Below, piece after piece: positions 22,966 through 40,909 of a stretch of DNA of 64,000 nt; position 1 is the stretch's first letter; the number at the start of each line of letters is the position of its first letter. The stretch lies in the NCBI GenBank assembly GCA_028534125.1, contig JAPYYK010000093.1:310001-374000 (forward strand), in the 5' to 3' direction. The stretch is from Lama glama (lineage: Eukaryota). The notes beneath the pieces were generated by a model. It saw only the letters and a program-made list of their open reading frames with translations, did not search any database and was not told the DNA's origin. Position numbers and translations under genes: made by a program.

Positions 22966-25900
22966 TTCCTGGGGGCGGGGCATGGGGGAAGAGAGGAGAG
23001 AGGATGGGGCTATGGGATCCCTGAGGAAGAGACTTATGTCCTCATTCCCCATGGGGCCAGTATCAGCAAGGAATGGGACTCAGTGACAGGGGTCTGGATC
23101 TGTGCATGTGATGCCTCCACCGAGCTGGGATTACAGAGGATTGTTGAAGGGACTGAGTTTTCTGGGCCGGTGGCCACTTGGGGGAGATGTCCAAAAGTAA
23201 GACAGATCCTTGTGGCTGGGCTGAAGGTAGCAAATGGGCAGCAACCTCAATGTCCAGGTGGAGAGTGGCGCTGTGAGCCTAAGGGGGCTGGAAGGGGAGA
23301 GTGAGGGTACTCAGGCCTGTGCACAGACTGGGGGAGACACGGGATGGGTTAGGGAGCCCAGGACACGTGGTCAGCCAAGGTGGTGCTGTTCAGAGGCCTG
23401 AGGGGAGCATGGGTCTCAGGCCAGTATTTCAGGACCTCCACTGGATGGTTTGGGGCCTGGCTGAGTTAGGGTTATTCATCCCTACTCAGGACCCTCTGCC
23501 CAGTTTACTGGTGAGAGGTGGCGCAGGTGAGAGTGATGGAGAGATTTTAGAGGGAGGCTCAAGGCAGAAGATGGTGGCCTTGAGGAGCTGGAGCTGGCAG
23601 GCTTGAGACGTAGGAAGCTGTCAGGAGAGGTGGGCTACTGGGGTCTTCCGTGAAGCCACTGTGTCTTGCAAGGAAAGTAATGATCTCCCCAGCCTTCTCT
23701 GGGGAAGGGACAGAGAGAAGGTCAAACACTAGGCAGAGGCTGGACTCCACGCTCCAGTGAGTCCCTTTCCAAGTGTGGTTCTGATCCCAGGGACTGGGAT
23801 TAAAGACCAACATTCTTGGACCCCATGTACTAGGGACGCTGCCTGGCCTCAAGCTGCCCTGTCTATGGGCAGCAAGGATCATAGGGTTGCCTCGGAGTCT
23901 CCCGGCCCAAAGCCTCCCCAGCCCCAATCACCACACTGGTATAATTACAGCATAAGGAGCAGGATCAATGGATGCCCAATGCCTGATTCACAGTCCAGGG
24001 TGGAGGATCAGAGAGAACTGGCCCAGAGTTGGCCCAGCGGCAGCCACACCCTAGTCTTGGAGGTGAGGGGTGTTTACTGTGGTCACCTCCAGCCACTAAC
24101 TTCCCTGCCTGACCTCAGCCTCCAGGTGGGGATCTTCTCGGCCTTCAACTCTGGCTCTGGTGGGACTGACCTGGCCTGGCCACCGACCAGAAATTAGGCA
24201 GGCCTGGCGGATGGTTAATGCTGCTGATGTCAGGACCTGGTCGGGTGGCCCTGGGGGCTTGAGCCCTCCCCATAGGCAGTGGCATGGCCCATGTGCCCTG
24301 GGCTCATTAAGCTGCTTCAGTGGCCACAGAAGCTGGGGGCCAGCTCTCAGGAGAGAAAAGGAGGGCCCTCTGGGACGGGGGGCCAGGCTTCAGCCAAGAG
24401 GTCACCAGCAGTTCTGGGGACACAGGCCAGGGGAGAACTAGACAAGAGGGCTTGCCTGTGGGTCCCCTTTCTACTTCCATACCTCTAAACCTCTGCTCAT
24501 GCGGAGAGGAGCCTCCCAGATACCAAACTGGGCAGAGTGTAGTCAGAAGCTGTGGGTGTGGAGGTGAGAACCACCCTCCCCTGTGAGGCCTTGAAAGCCC
24601 TCCACATGACTCCAGTCCAAGGGTCCTGCCTCTGCACACAGCCCTCCACCTATTGGTGCTCATCCCACACTCACACTCAAGTTTCCCTGTGGCAAAGCCA
24701 TTTCTTCCATCCACAGTGCCCTCTCTTCCCCACGCTGGCAGGGGCCTTTCTTTGCCTTGGCAGAGTCAAGCCCACAGACTGCTCCTCCATCAGGCTTTTC
24801 CTGATCCACATGCTCTAAGCTGGCAGGAGCTTTCCTGTCTAGAGGTCCCACACAGAGCTCTCCGAGACACTGAGGCTGGGGCTGAGTGCAGGGAGGGCCA
24901 GAGCAGTCGCAGTACGTCTAGGAAGAGCCAGCTTTTCCTGGGAGTCAGGCTGGGTTCTCAGAGCTGATCTTCTATTTGGGTGTTGAGGGACAAGTGAGAA
25001 TTCGCCAAGGAGGTGGGACACGATGGGGAACCAGGAGGGCAGAAGCACAGGGAGCTGAAGGCTGGCACATTCTTCAAACAGCAGGAATGTATGCGGCCAG
25101 CCAGGCAGCAGAGGAGGTGAAGATGCCAACTGGGATGAGGAGCAGGTCGGGAGGATGTCAGGGAGGCCAGCTGGGTGAGAGGCAGGTGCCTGCAGGGGGT
25201 CTGAGGAGTCAGTGGATACAGATGCTAGGATCTGGGTTGGAGGTGAAGATGGGGCCTCACTGTCAGAGAGGGTCTTGGGGCACTGTGTAGGTGATGTGCC
25301 AGGGGAGGGGCTGGCATGGTGAGAGGAGACTGCCTAGCTGGAAGCTGAGAAGATGTGACTAAAGAGAGAGAAGCAAAGCAAAGGGCTGCCAGGATCCTGG
25401 AAGGAGGGTCCAAGTGATCCTGGGACCCTAAGTTCTGCCTCACATGTCTGATAGCATCTTGGGCCTGTGTATCCATTTCTGGAGATGGGGGAGTGGAGGT
25501 AGGGGGCTGGGCTGAAGGCTGACGCAGGTGGCTGACCCCAACACGGCAGCTGCGGGGGTGGACATTCCCTCTGGCCCCTGGAAGAAGGTGCTCGGTACCT
25601 CTCATAGCCCCATAACGGATGCCAGCCATCCAGCCACCTCAGGCTGGGCTGGGAGACTCAGCAGGTGGCGGAAAAGGCCTCCAAGCTGTGTTTGCCCTGG
25701 CTGGGGCCCAGGCCGTAGCATCAACAAACAGGCAGCTCCTCCTCTCAGCCTGGCCACAACTGGCCTGGCCCAGGACCCCACATCATACTGCCTCTGGGCC
25801 TCCCACAGCAGCCCAGCCCAGCTGGCCCCTGATCCCTCCAGTCTGGACTGAGGACCCCAACACCCACATGCTAGGTGAACTTGAAGCCATGCCTGACTCC

Positions 25901-27319
25901 TCAGAAATTACCAGTAGGCGCTCCTAGCCCTTTGCAAATGGCTTCTGTGAGCATCCAGGATGTCTGGAGGTGGTAGGTGGGGGGCAGACCTGAGTCAGAC
26001 CCGGTCAGCGCCTCTCCTATTGTCTCTGTCCCATAGGCAGTCCTCAAGCCCCTTTGGAGTCTCTCATGGCCAAGGTAAGCTGTGATCTGGGGATTACACC
26101 AGCTCCAAACTGAGAGGGAGAACCCATCACTTCCTATTTTTCAGCCATCAGCAGGGCAGGAGCTTGGATGGTTTGAGATTTTCAAGGATCTGCACCATCC
26201 TAATGCCTTTCTCTTTAGTCCTCCCAGCCCCTCCTCTGCACTCCTAGCTGAAACCGAGTCCCCTGCCGGCTCGGCACTCAGAGCTTCCCCCTACCCCTAC
26301 TCCCTCAGGCCAGATGAAAAGACAGAAACATTTCCTTGTGACACAGAGGGAAACTGAGGTAAGCTAGGGTTTGACTGTGGTGGTGCTGTGAGTCAGTAGG
26401 AAGAGAACTCTGGAGTCCTGACTCCCAGCCCAGGGCAGGGGAGGGGCGAGGACAGTCCTCCCAGGGTATTCTCCCCAGCACCAGGGAGGGGGGCAGACAT
26501 GACACAGAGACATCCAGTGGCTGGGAACAGCAGAGGCCATGGGATTAATCGGATCAGAGCCAGTGGCTGAGAAGCAAGGGACACAGCTGTTCTGGGAATC
26601 CCCCCCACCAGCTCACCCCCAAGGTCAAGACCTCCCCCAGCTCCCTGCTGGCTGTGCCTGGGGTGGGAGGGCTTAACACCCACTCCCACCTCTGAGCACC
26701 AAGGCCTTGGGTGGGAAGGAGGCAGGGGTGGGATAGGAGCCCCCAGCCAAGAACAGGGCCACCCTACAACCCCTTTCCCCAAGGCACCAATTCCCAGGCC
26801 CCACTTCCCATGGGCAGACACAGCTGCCTCCTACTCCTTAGAAATAAGAAAATGGGGTGGGGAGGCATGGCCAGGGAGATTCCAGGCAGGGCTCAGCATG
26901 AGCCTGGCCTTACTCTACTCCCGTCCTCATTGCCCCTACCCTTGTCTACCCTCAATCTCTTCTGAATATCTGGGGTGAAGACAGAAGAATTGATGAGGGA
27001 GGCCCTGTCCTCACCCTATCCCATTTCTGCTTGGGAAGGGTGAGGCAGGCAGAAAGACATTTTGTGCCTGAGTGATATCTGAAACTCCCCCATTCAGAGC
27101 ACCCGTCACTGAGGTTAAACGTGGCCCTCTTCCCACTCCTCTTGGCTGAAGAGCCTCTTCTGGCTTCAGGGAGGTGAGGGCAGAGCATTTCAAGGGTTAA
27201 GGGGCACTCAGAGACTCAAGAGAGAATCTGATTTGGACTGAAGCATTTCCCCCACAAGACTCAACTGAGCCCCTCCCGAAGCAGCTGCTCTCCTACCTAG
27301 GGGCTCCTTAGCGCACAAG

Positions 27320-28120
27320 CTGCCCCTTTGCTCCAGGCCCGCGGGGGCCCCCCGCCTCTCCCCGGCCAGCCCCTCCTCCCGCGGGCCGCCGGGGATTGGC
27401 GGGCCGGGGGCGGGCCGGGGGCGGGGCCGGGCGCCCTTCATCCCCCGCCGCTGCGCTCAGCCGGGAGCAGAGCGGATAGCACCCGCCGGAGCGGAGCACC
27501 GCGCGTCCCCAACTGTGAGGCCAGGTACCGCTGGGGGCGCCGACCCCCCGCCCAGGGGCACCAGGGGGGCTGAGCCCACTGTCCACTCTTGCGTCCGGAG
27601 CCGGGCTCTGGGCAGCTTCCCTGGCCTCCGGGGAGTCACGGCCCCTTGCGCTTTGGGGGCAGGTCTGAGGACTCGCCAGTCGAGACTCAGCTCCGAGCTT
27701 GAGTTGGTGTCTCGGGCGGGGCACCTCGTCGTCTCGGGGCCTCTCACAGTGCCGGGCAGGACAGCAGGAGGTCGGCGGCAACCGGGGCCGAGGCGGCAGG
27801 ACGCCTTGTTGGGGGCTTGGGTGGCACGACATGGACTTCCCGAGGCAGGGCCCACTTGGACGGGCTCGATAGGGTCCCGGACGGGGGCCTAAGAGGGCCC
27901 GGGAGCAGACCCTGGAGCGCTGCCCCGACGGGCGCCTGACAAGCATATCGGCCCGGCTGGCACGCCGGGAGTCCGGGTATATTTATCCCGCTGCGTTAGG
28001 CAGGGGCTTGAGGGCAGAGACGGCCAGGCTGCCTGAGGGGCCGCAGGGCACATGTTGGTCCCAGAGCCCGTGCCATTTGCAGCCGGGCCAGCGGGCACGG
28101 CCAGCGCAGGGTGTGTGTGG
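27320..28120 (+). promoter_or_regulatory. SLC38A3: SLC38A3 CpG island promoter
   Basis: Dense CpG, GC boxes (GGGGCGGGGC near 27418), inverted CCAAT 27395-27399, ~6.7 kb upstream of the SLC38A3 ATG. Confidence 0.8.
27440..27524 (+). other. SLC38A3: SLC38A3 non-coding exon 1 (start approximate)
   Basis: Follows the GC/CCAAT boxes and ends at donor CCAG|gtaccg (gt at 27525). Confidence 0.6.
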
Positions 28121-29899
28121 CTCCCTGGTCTGAGGGCAGGGCTCGGTCTGCACTCCTCTCGGCGGAGCTCTGCGACCGGGTGTGAGAGCTGGCAATGCGC
28201 ACAGGGGCGGAGGGAAAAGACCCTGCCTTGGTTTGCGGGAGCCCGCCCCCGCCCGATTGGCCCCTTCCATTGGCCACAGCCAGTGCGTGCGTTTGTTTAC
28301 ACCAGGGGAGGGGGAGGCCAGGGGCGGGGCCTGTGGGAATCCACCCTCTCCCCCACAGTAACCTGAGCCCTGAGCCCAGGTATAGGCTCTAGGACAGGTC
28401 TGAGAGGAAGTAAGTCAAAGGTCCTTGCACCGTGGGGGGACACCGTGACCCAGGCCCATCCTTCCCTGAGCCTGCCAGTCCTGTCCTTCCTTACATGACT
28501 GCCTTGGGCCCCTGTGCTGTCCCTGAAAGAGGCCCTTCCTCTTAAGTACAGTCTGGCATGGGGACTCACTTCCTTCTGGAAAGGAAGCAAATCCCTCTGA
28601 GATTCTCACTGTGGAGCATAGAAAGCTGGAGAAATCCGGGGACAATCCCATTTCGAGACGGGAAGGTTCTGCACAACCATGGAAGGCTTCCTGCAGGAAG
28701 CACCAAAGGTGGGAGGAATCTGGTTGGATGAGGCCAGGCCTGGCACATTGCCAAGAGGTCTGGAGTTGGGGGCAAGGGACTGTTTCTGGGGAGAGTAGGG
28801 GTGTAAGTCTTAGAACTTTGTTCTGCCTGGGCCCATAGAACCCCTGTCCTCACCGGCTTCTCAAGCCACCCTTTGTTCAGTACTAGTTCTTTGGGCTCAT
28901 GTCACAAACACTCACAGTCCAGGGCTCCAGGTGGCCAGACCATGAGAGTTGTTTGCTCTTGTCCTGGTGCCTGCTGCTCTAGCAAGTAGCCTTGGATCCC
29001 CAGACAAATGGAAAAACTGAAACACAACAGGACAGGCTGGGTGGTTCATGGTCTCTGTGTAGGGGTGGGGAAGGTTTTTGAGCTGAACTGAGTGCACCCG
29101 GAAAGTCTGGGCTGAGTAGGTTGCAGGGACTCAGTGTGAGGGGAAAAATGTTTTGGGGGAGTGGCTGGCTGCAAGAGAGGTACAGTGTTGCCATCTGTGT
29201 GCACTGCAACCTGGGGTGGATGTGCAGCCTATACCGTAGCAGGATAGGGGCGCTGCTGGAAGATGTTCTAGTGCAGACATGGCCAGGGAGCCAGGCGCCA
29301 CTTGGAGTAGATGAAATGGGCTGGTGGCTTGCCAAAAACTTAGAACTCATTCCATTCACTTAATTTTTACTGAGTATCTACTATGTGCCCTGTGCATTCT
29401 CAGTCTGGTGGGTGGAGGGCTGGACTTTGGATAAGAAGACAGATGCAGGATGGGGGCGCTTTAGAGGACCAGGCGGGGCTTCTGGGGGCCAAAGGGATGG
29501 ACCAGCTGCTGGGGCAGGAGGGGCTTTCCGGCCAGCGACCTGGGGTGGCTTGGTTTTGAATTTCCGCTCTGCGGGCCACGTCCTGTACACAGCCTCTCAG
29601 CCGGCACGTCTGCACACGTGCGTGGCCGCTGAGGACAGGGTCACTTCGACTGACTGTCATCTCAGTGTATGTTTCCCATTGTGCAAGCAGAAAAATGATG
29701 GGTGCTGAACTCTGGGGCTCTGGGCTTTGTGGCCCTAGTGGGCTCAGTTCTACCCTCTAGATGTCTTGCGTCTGGCTAATGGGGGCATAACCTGCCCTTG
29801 TAGGAACATGGAAATGCTGTGGCAACCCTGCAGTGCCCACTGGGCCTGCCACCCCCCTCAACTGAACCTCTGGCTCCCTCTCCGCGTCTTGTTCCCTCT

Positions 29900-30215
29900 G
29901 GGACACTGTCTTTCACTGGCTGTCTCTTGCCGTCTCTTGCTGTCTCATTGTCTCTTTCTCCATCTGGCTATCTCTAACTGGTTGGCCATCTCTGTCTCTG
30001 TCTCTCACCGATCTGATTGTCTCTTTCTGTCTCCTTGTCTGAGTGTCTACCCACCAATATTTTTCTCTGTTTGCGTCTCTCTGTATCCATCTGCATTTCT
30101 TTCTCTCCCCGTGCCTCTGTCTGTCTCTTGGTCTGCATCAGTATGCATGGACACATGTGTGTATGTTTTCTCTCCCTGTCTCTCTCTTCCCTCCCTCTGC
30201 CTCTCTCTGTTTCTT
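29900..30215. repeat. CT-rich polypyrimidine low-complexity tract
   Basis: Repeated tctc/ctgtctc in SLC38A3 intron 1. Confidence 0.8.
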
Positions 30216-32299
30216 CCTGACATTGGATGGCGCCTCTCCCCAGGCTGACCTTGCCTTTAGCATCCCCATCAGGGTCTCCAATGAGTCCTGAGCTGCCCTG
30301 GGCCCCTGCTCCAGCTTTCTTTGGGGCCAGAAGTCCGGCTGTCCAAATATTTGGCCGCCTCCAGGGGATTCCGGGTCAGTAGGAAGGAGGATTGGCTGGC
30401 TGGCTCGGGGTCTCCCCTGCCCCTGGGGGGCCACAGGCACGTGATGTCCTGTCCTTTGCCTCAGCTGGGCCTCGGGCTGCACGTCCTTCTCAGCAGGCTG
30501 GCAGTGGAAGGAGAGGGCTGCTGCAGGCTCTGGCCAGGTCTTGAGCCAAGAGGTTCCAACTGCCGCTTCCACTGGGGGCGATCTGAGCAAGGAGGGTCCA
30601 GAGTTGGGCAGGAGGGAAGGCCTAGGTGTCTGGGGATAGGCCCAATGCTACACATCTGTTAGGTGTTTAGAAAATGTACCCTGTCACAGGAAAGTCCATC
30701 TTCCGGTCCCAGCTGGGGTCCTCAGATCCTCCTAGACACTTCCGGATGCCCAGAACACAGAAGCACGTGGCCAGGGAGCTAGGGGATGAGGATTGTTGTG
30801 GCCAACACATCAGCGTTCTGCACCATTTTCCTTTCCCTGGACGTGCCCCGTCCTGCATGCACCCCCTCAGTACTAGCCAGGTGTCGGCCACACACGAGCC
30901 ACTTACTCAGTGTTGTTGACAGTGGGGGAATGGTGGATGGAAGACTGGATCTGCCGAGGTTGGATCTGGAGTTGTGGTTCAGGGGAAGGGGCAAGGGGTT
31001 TGCTTTAGTTCTCTCCCCTGTTCTGCACACCCTCCCACATGCCCTATCCCTAGACCCCTGACCTCAGCAATCAGCTCTGCACCAATCCCTGTTGCTGTGC
31101 CTTGAGAACATACAGTCCAGCCATGTCCATTGAATCCAGTTCCCCTGTTGACTGATAGCTTCTCCAAGGGGGTTGTTTTCCTTCTGAAGCCTGGAGAAGC
31201 AGGTGGGCAAAGGGATGCTGGTCTGGGGAGGGCATCTTCTCTCAGCCAACAAGGGGATTGGTAAAGATGGGTGAGCTAGACCTGGGGCCAGCCCCAGGGA
31301 TAACCACAAAGAACCCTTAAACCAGGCCAGCTGCCTCTCCCCTGAGATCTGGGCTGAGGTAAGGGCTACCCAGGCACAGGAAGCCAGGGGCCATAGCAGC
31401 AAGCTCTGTGGGGTCTGTGCCTCCATCAGCCCATGTGGCCACAGGATGGAGGGAAGGACAGTGTGGATGGCTTCCTGTAGCCAGCATGCTGCTGCAGACC
31501 CACTTCATCCCTCAGCACTGGGAAGGAAAGCTGGGCTCAGAGCCCTGGTGGATCCAAGGACCTTGATGCAGAGACAGAGAGGTGTGCTTCCATAGCAGCT
31601 GACACAAGCAGTGGCCCCATGGTGGCCTGGATTCCTGGGCCTCAAAATCTTTAATTAGCCAAACTCAACGCCTGCCGAGGAGGTGTGCCTGACGAGTTCT
31701 CACCCTGTGATGTCTGCGTGGGTGGATGTTACCTATTGCACGATCCCTGTGGCGCCTGGCCCCTCCTGGCCTTTATCTAGCAGCAGAGCAAACAGGCCCC
31801 AGGACAGTGGCCTGGGTCATCGATTTACTGTCCAAATGCATGCTACACCCAGGATAGGTGCTATTCTGATGATCTGCCCAAGGTCGCTGTGATCTCCCCA
31901 CTCCAGAGCTTGGCTCCTCTCTCGGGGCGAAGGCTTCAGGGAGGCTCCTTACTCTGTTCCCTCCTTTGGCCAAACTTCACAGAATTCCTAGAGGACAGGA
32001 GGACACTGAGGTCCCGAGTGGGGAATACTTTGCCCATAGTCATGTGGGGATGCAGAGCCAGGCCAGGCCTCAGACCCAGAGTGGTGACTCTGGGCTTTCC
32101 CCATAGTGGGTCAGGATCTGCTGGTGAGTTTCCTCAGACAGGGACTATCCCCTGAGTCTGCCCTGATATCTGGTGCAAAGGAGCCTGGGAAGTGGCAAAT
32201 CTGAGATGAGAACTGTCAAAACTGGGCTGCAAGCCTCGGGGAATGGCTGAGGGTCTGCATGCCAGGCCAACACCAATCTCTATCCTGGCCCCCTAGTCC

Positions 32300-32700
32300 T
32301 TAGCCCTGCCTTAGACTGAAGTACAGACTCCTTGACCTGGCCTTCAAGGCCCTATCAGGCTTATCTATGGCCATGGAATCTTCATTCTCTCCTCACAGCC
32401 TGCCTCATACCACATCTCAGGGCCTTTGCCCATGTTGTGCCCTCAGGTACTCTTTCCTTTTCCATACCTTGGGGGCTCCTACTGGAATTTCATTACTGGC
32501 TCCATCACCTCCTCCTCCAGGAAACCTTCCTTGTTGCTTCTCTCACTCTCTTTTTTTTTTTTTTTTTTTTTGAGTCCCAGCACTGTGGCTCACACACAGT
32601 TACAACAGGAGCCATAGGATGGGAGTTGCGTGTTGGGATTTTGTCCCTTTCAGACTAGAAGCCACTTGAGGAAGAATATTCCATGTCCTCTCTGGAATCT
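32300..32700 (+). mobile_element. L2 LINE fragment, with poly(T) at 32551-32571
   Basis: cagactccttgacctggccttcaaggccct...ctcagggcctttgcccatgttgtgccctc...atcacctcctcctccaggaaaccttcc. Confidence 0.65.
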
Positions 32701-34142
32701 CAGGCCAGCCTGAAGCCTAGCCGTGACTGGTCATGAGTTATAGACAGGATCTGAAGGTCTAGGCCCAGGTCCCTCTGGGGGGATGGGGAACCTGGAGCGA
32801 GGACCTCAGGTACCTTGGCCATGACCATGCCATGGGCTGTGGTCTCCCTGGAGACAGTGCTTGGCTGCTAGGGAAGAATATTAAGGGAGAGAAAAGTGCT
32901 TTGTCCAGGCTGCCAATTCAGCACACTCTCAGGGCCTGTCCCAGCCTGCCCAGGGCAGGAGGCCCGGCAAGGGCAACCCCAGCTGAGAGCCAGGGGGCAG
33001 TCTGGAGTGACTCTGGAGACTAGGTCTGGTATCCTTGGAGAGATACTGTAGGTGAGGCTCAGGGCAGGGACATGAAAAAAACAGGCTGACCTTAGGGATT
33101 CTGGTCAAGGAAAAGAGGGCATGAGAAGAGATGCTCAAATTGTTATGGTCCTGAGTGGACAGGACTGGAGGGCTAAAGCTGACCAAGGAAGGCCCTGAGT
33201 TCCTGACCTGGGTCCCCTGGAAGTGGGGAATCTGCTCAAAGGGTGGGCATCTAAGGGTGGAGGTTCCCCAGCAGGGGAGGAGAGGCTGAAAGAGAACATG
33301 GCCCCGAGGCCAGAGCTGTGTGGAGGGTGAGGCCTATGTGGCCCAGGGAGCGGGCCTCAGGACACCCATTTCCTGGAAGGCCCCCTGAGGGCCCTTCTCA
33401 GCCAGGCGGGCAGGGCCCAGGTGTCCAGCCACCCAGCACCGCCTCAGGCCTCCTGGCTCCAGGGGGGGGGGGTAGCCTCTGCGCCTGCCGTTCCCAGCGC
33501 CAGCTCTCAGCCCACAGAGGGCCCTTTGTTCTGGCTGCCAGCAAAGCCCGCCGGGCGGCTGGGAACAGGGCCCACAGCCCTCACCCTCTCCCGAGGCCTC
33601 CAGCCGTCGGGTAGTGCCATTCTAGGTTGGCTCGGAGGCCCCTGGCACACGGGGCCGGCACAGGAAACTGTCTCCCAGCACTCATGTCAGGGAGAGGGAG
33701 TCAGTCCCAGGCCCATCCCGAGTGGGGTCTGGAGGCCTGACACTCAGCATCCTGGGATCCTGGTGCCACTGGGCTCTGAACTCAGATCATCCAACAGACC
33801 CTTACTTCACAGATGGGTAAACTGAAGTCCCTCGCCTGGGCTGGTATGTGAGTGTGGTGGGGGCAGCACAAGCTACTGGCTGAGGTGTCCCCTCAGGATG
33901 TCCTGGAGAACTCATGTATTCAAGCTCTATCCGCCAGTGGCAGGTTCCAGGGGGCAGCAGGCAGAGGTGCATGCGCATGTATGTCCCGAGTGGACTTCTG
34001 GGAGGTGTGTTACAGCTGCACACTTCCTGTGGGAGTCTGGGCCATGGGCCCAAGGCATGAGGGTAACCAGAGGGACTGTCTGCTCTGTGACTTCTGACTG
34101 TGTCAGTGTAAGAGCTAGTGTTCCGGTGGTGGTCCCCGAGCC

Positions 34143-39628
<5,486 letters not shown>

Positions 39629-40608
39629 GATGACCCCCCCATCCTATTCGGTCTACTCACCCTAGTCCCCTTGCCCAGACTCTTCAGCACCTGCTCCCAT
39701 CCAGTGGCCAGTCAGGTGGAGGAGAAAGATGTGGTGAATGCTATGGCATTTGGCCCTGTCCCACGTCCTTTCTGTCGAGGTTTTTGTTAGAGCCAGGACC
39801 AAGGCCCTTGGGCCACTGCCCTGCTGAACTCCTGGGATACAGGGGCTTCCTGAGCTGGGAGCAGGGCAGGGCTGTACCGCTGCTCCCTTCCTGTTGCCTC
39901 AGATCCCACCCAAGCCCCTTAGCCTCTTTGCACAGGTGTAGACACTGAGGTCACACCACCTGTAGGGGCACATAGAGCTGAACCAGGTCTGTGGTCACCC
40001 CCCTACTTTGTTGCTGGGGCCTCATCTCCCTCGGCCCTCTTGCCTTTCCTCCTTCTGTCCCCGAGGCCCCTTTCAGGCATTTGGGTTCAGGCCCTTGGAT
40101 ACTCTAGTCCCCTTCTCCCATTCCTCCACCAGGAGCAGACCTCATCACCTTAGACCTGGGGCCAGCAGGTTCTTTTGAGGGTTTGCCTGGTTTGGGCGCC
40201 CCCAAGGGACCCCTGCCCTGGCCCTTCCCCAGTCCTGGGGAGGCTGGGACTCCCCCCACCCCAAGCCCGGGCCGTAGCTCACATTCCACTGCTGGGAGAA
40301 GAAAGAGGCTGGGGCCCAGAGCGTCTCTGTCCCTGGGAGCTAAAGACCCCAGGTGCCAGTCTAGGGCAGGGGTGGAGATGCTGGCAGCCCCCTTTTATAA
40401 ATATTATACATGAGACCAACTGTGTTCTACATTCTTGAGCTCCATGGTCCCTGAGTTCCTGGGAAGTGGGGTGGGGGGTCAGGACGTGGATGGGGATGGA
40501 AGGCCGTCCTGCCTCTTTTCCTGGGTTGAGGGTGGGGACAGGGTGAGTCCCCTGCTGCACCCTGCCCCCTGCCTCCCAAACCAACCAGGGCGTGCTCAGA
40601 CCCAGCTC

Positions 40609-40755
40609 NNNNNNNNNNNNNNNNNNNNNNNNNNNNNNNNNNNNNNNNNNNNNNNNNNNNNNNNNNNNNNNNNNNNNNNNNNNNNNNNNNNNNNNNNNNN
40701 NNNNNNNNNNNNNNNNNNNNNNNNNNNNNNNNNNNNNNNNNNNNNNNNNNNNNNN
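40609..40755. other. Assembly gap (147 N) in SLC38A3 3' region
   Basis: N run. Confidence 0.99.
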
Positions 40756-40903
40756 NCAGGAGGCAGCTGAGCCCTGTGGAAGGGCCCCCTGCCCTCCCTG
40801 GCTGCCACGTCAACTCTCTGTCAGTGCTTCGAGTCTGGGGACAAAAGTCCAGGGATCTTATGCCCTGTCAGGCTAACTTGTTATTAATAGTAAAACTGCT
40901 GCG

Positions 40904-40909
40904 AATAAA
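40904..40909 (+). terminator. SLC38A3: SLC38A3 candidate (distal) poly(A) signal AATAAA
   Basis: First visible AATAAA after the stop (an N gap lies at 40609-40755), preceded by an AT-rich tract and followed by GT-rich sequence; a variant TATAAA lies near 40396. Confidence 0.6.

Noticed and set aside
33462-33472. G11 homopolymer in SLC38A3 intron 1
   Set aside because: Simple slippage-prone run whose length is unreliable in assemblies; no further structure.
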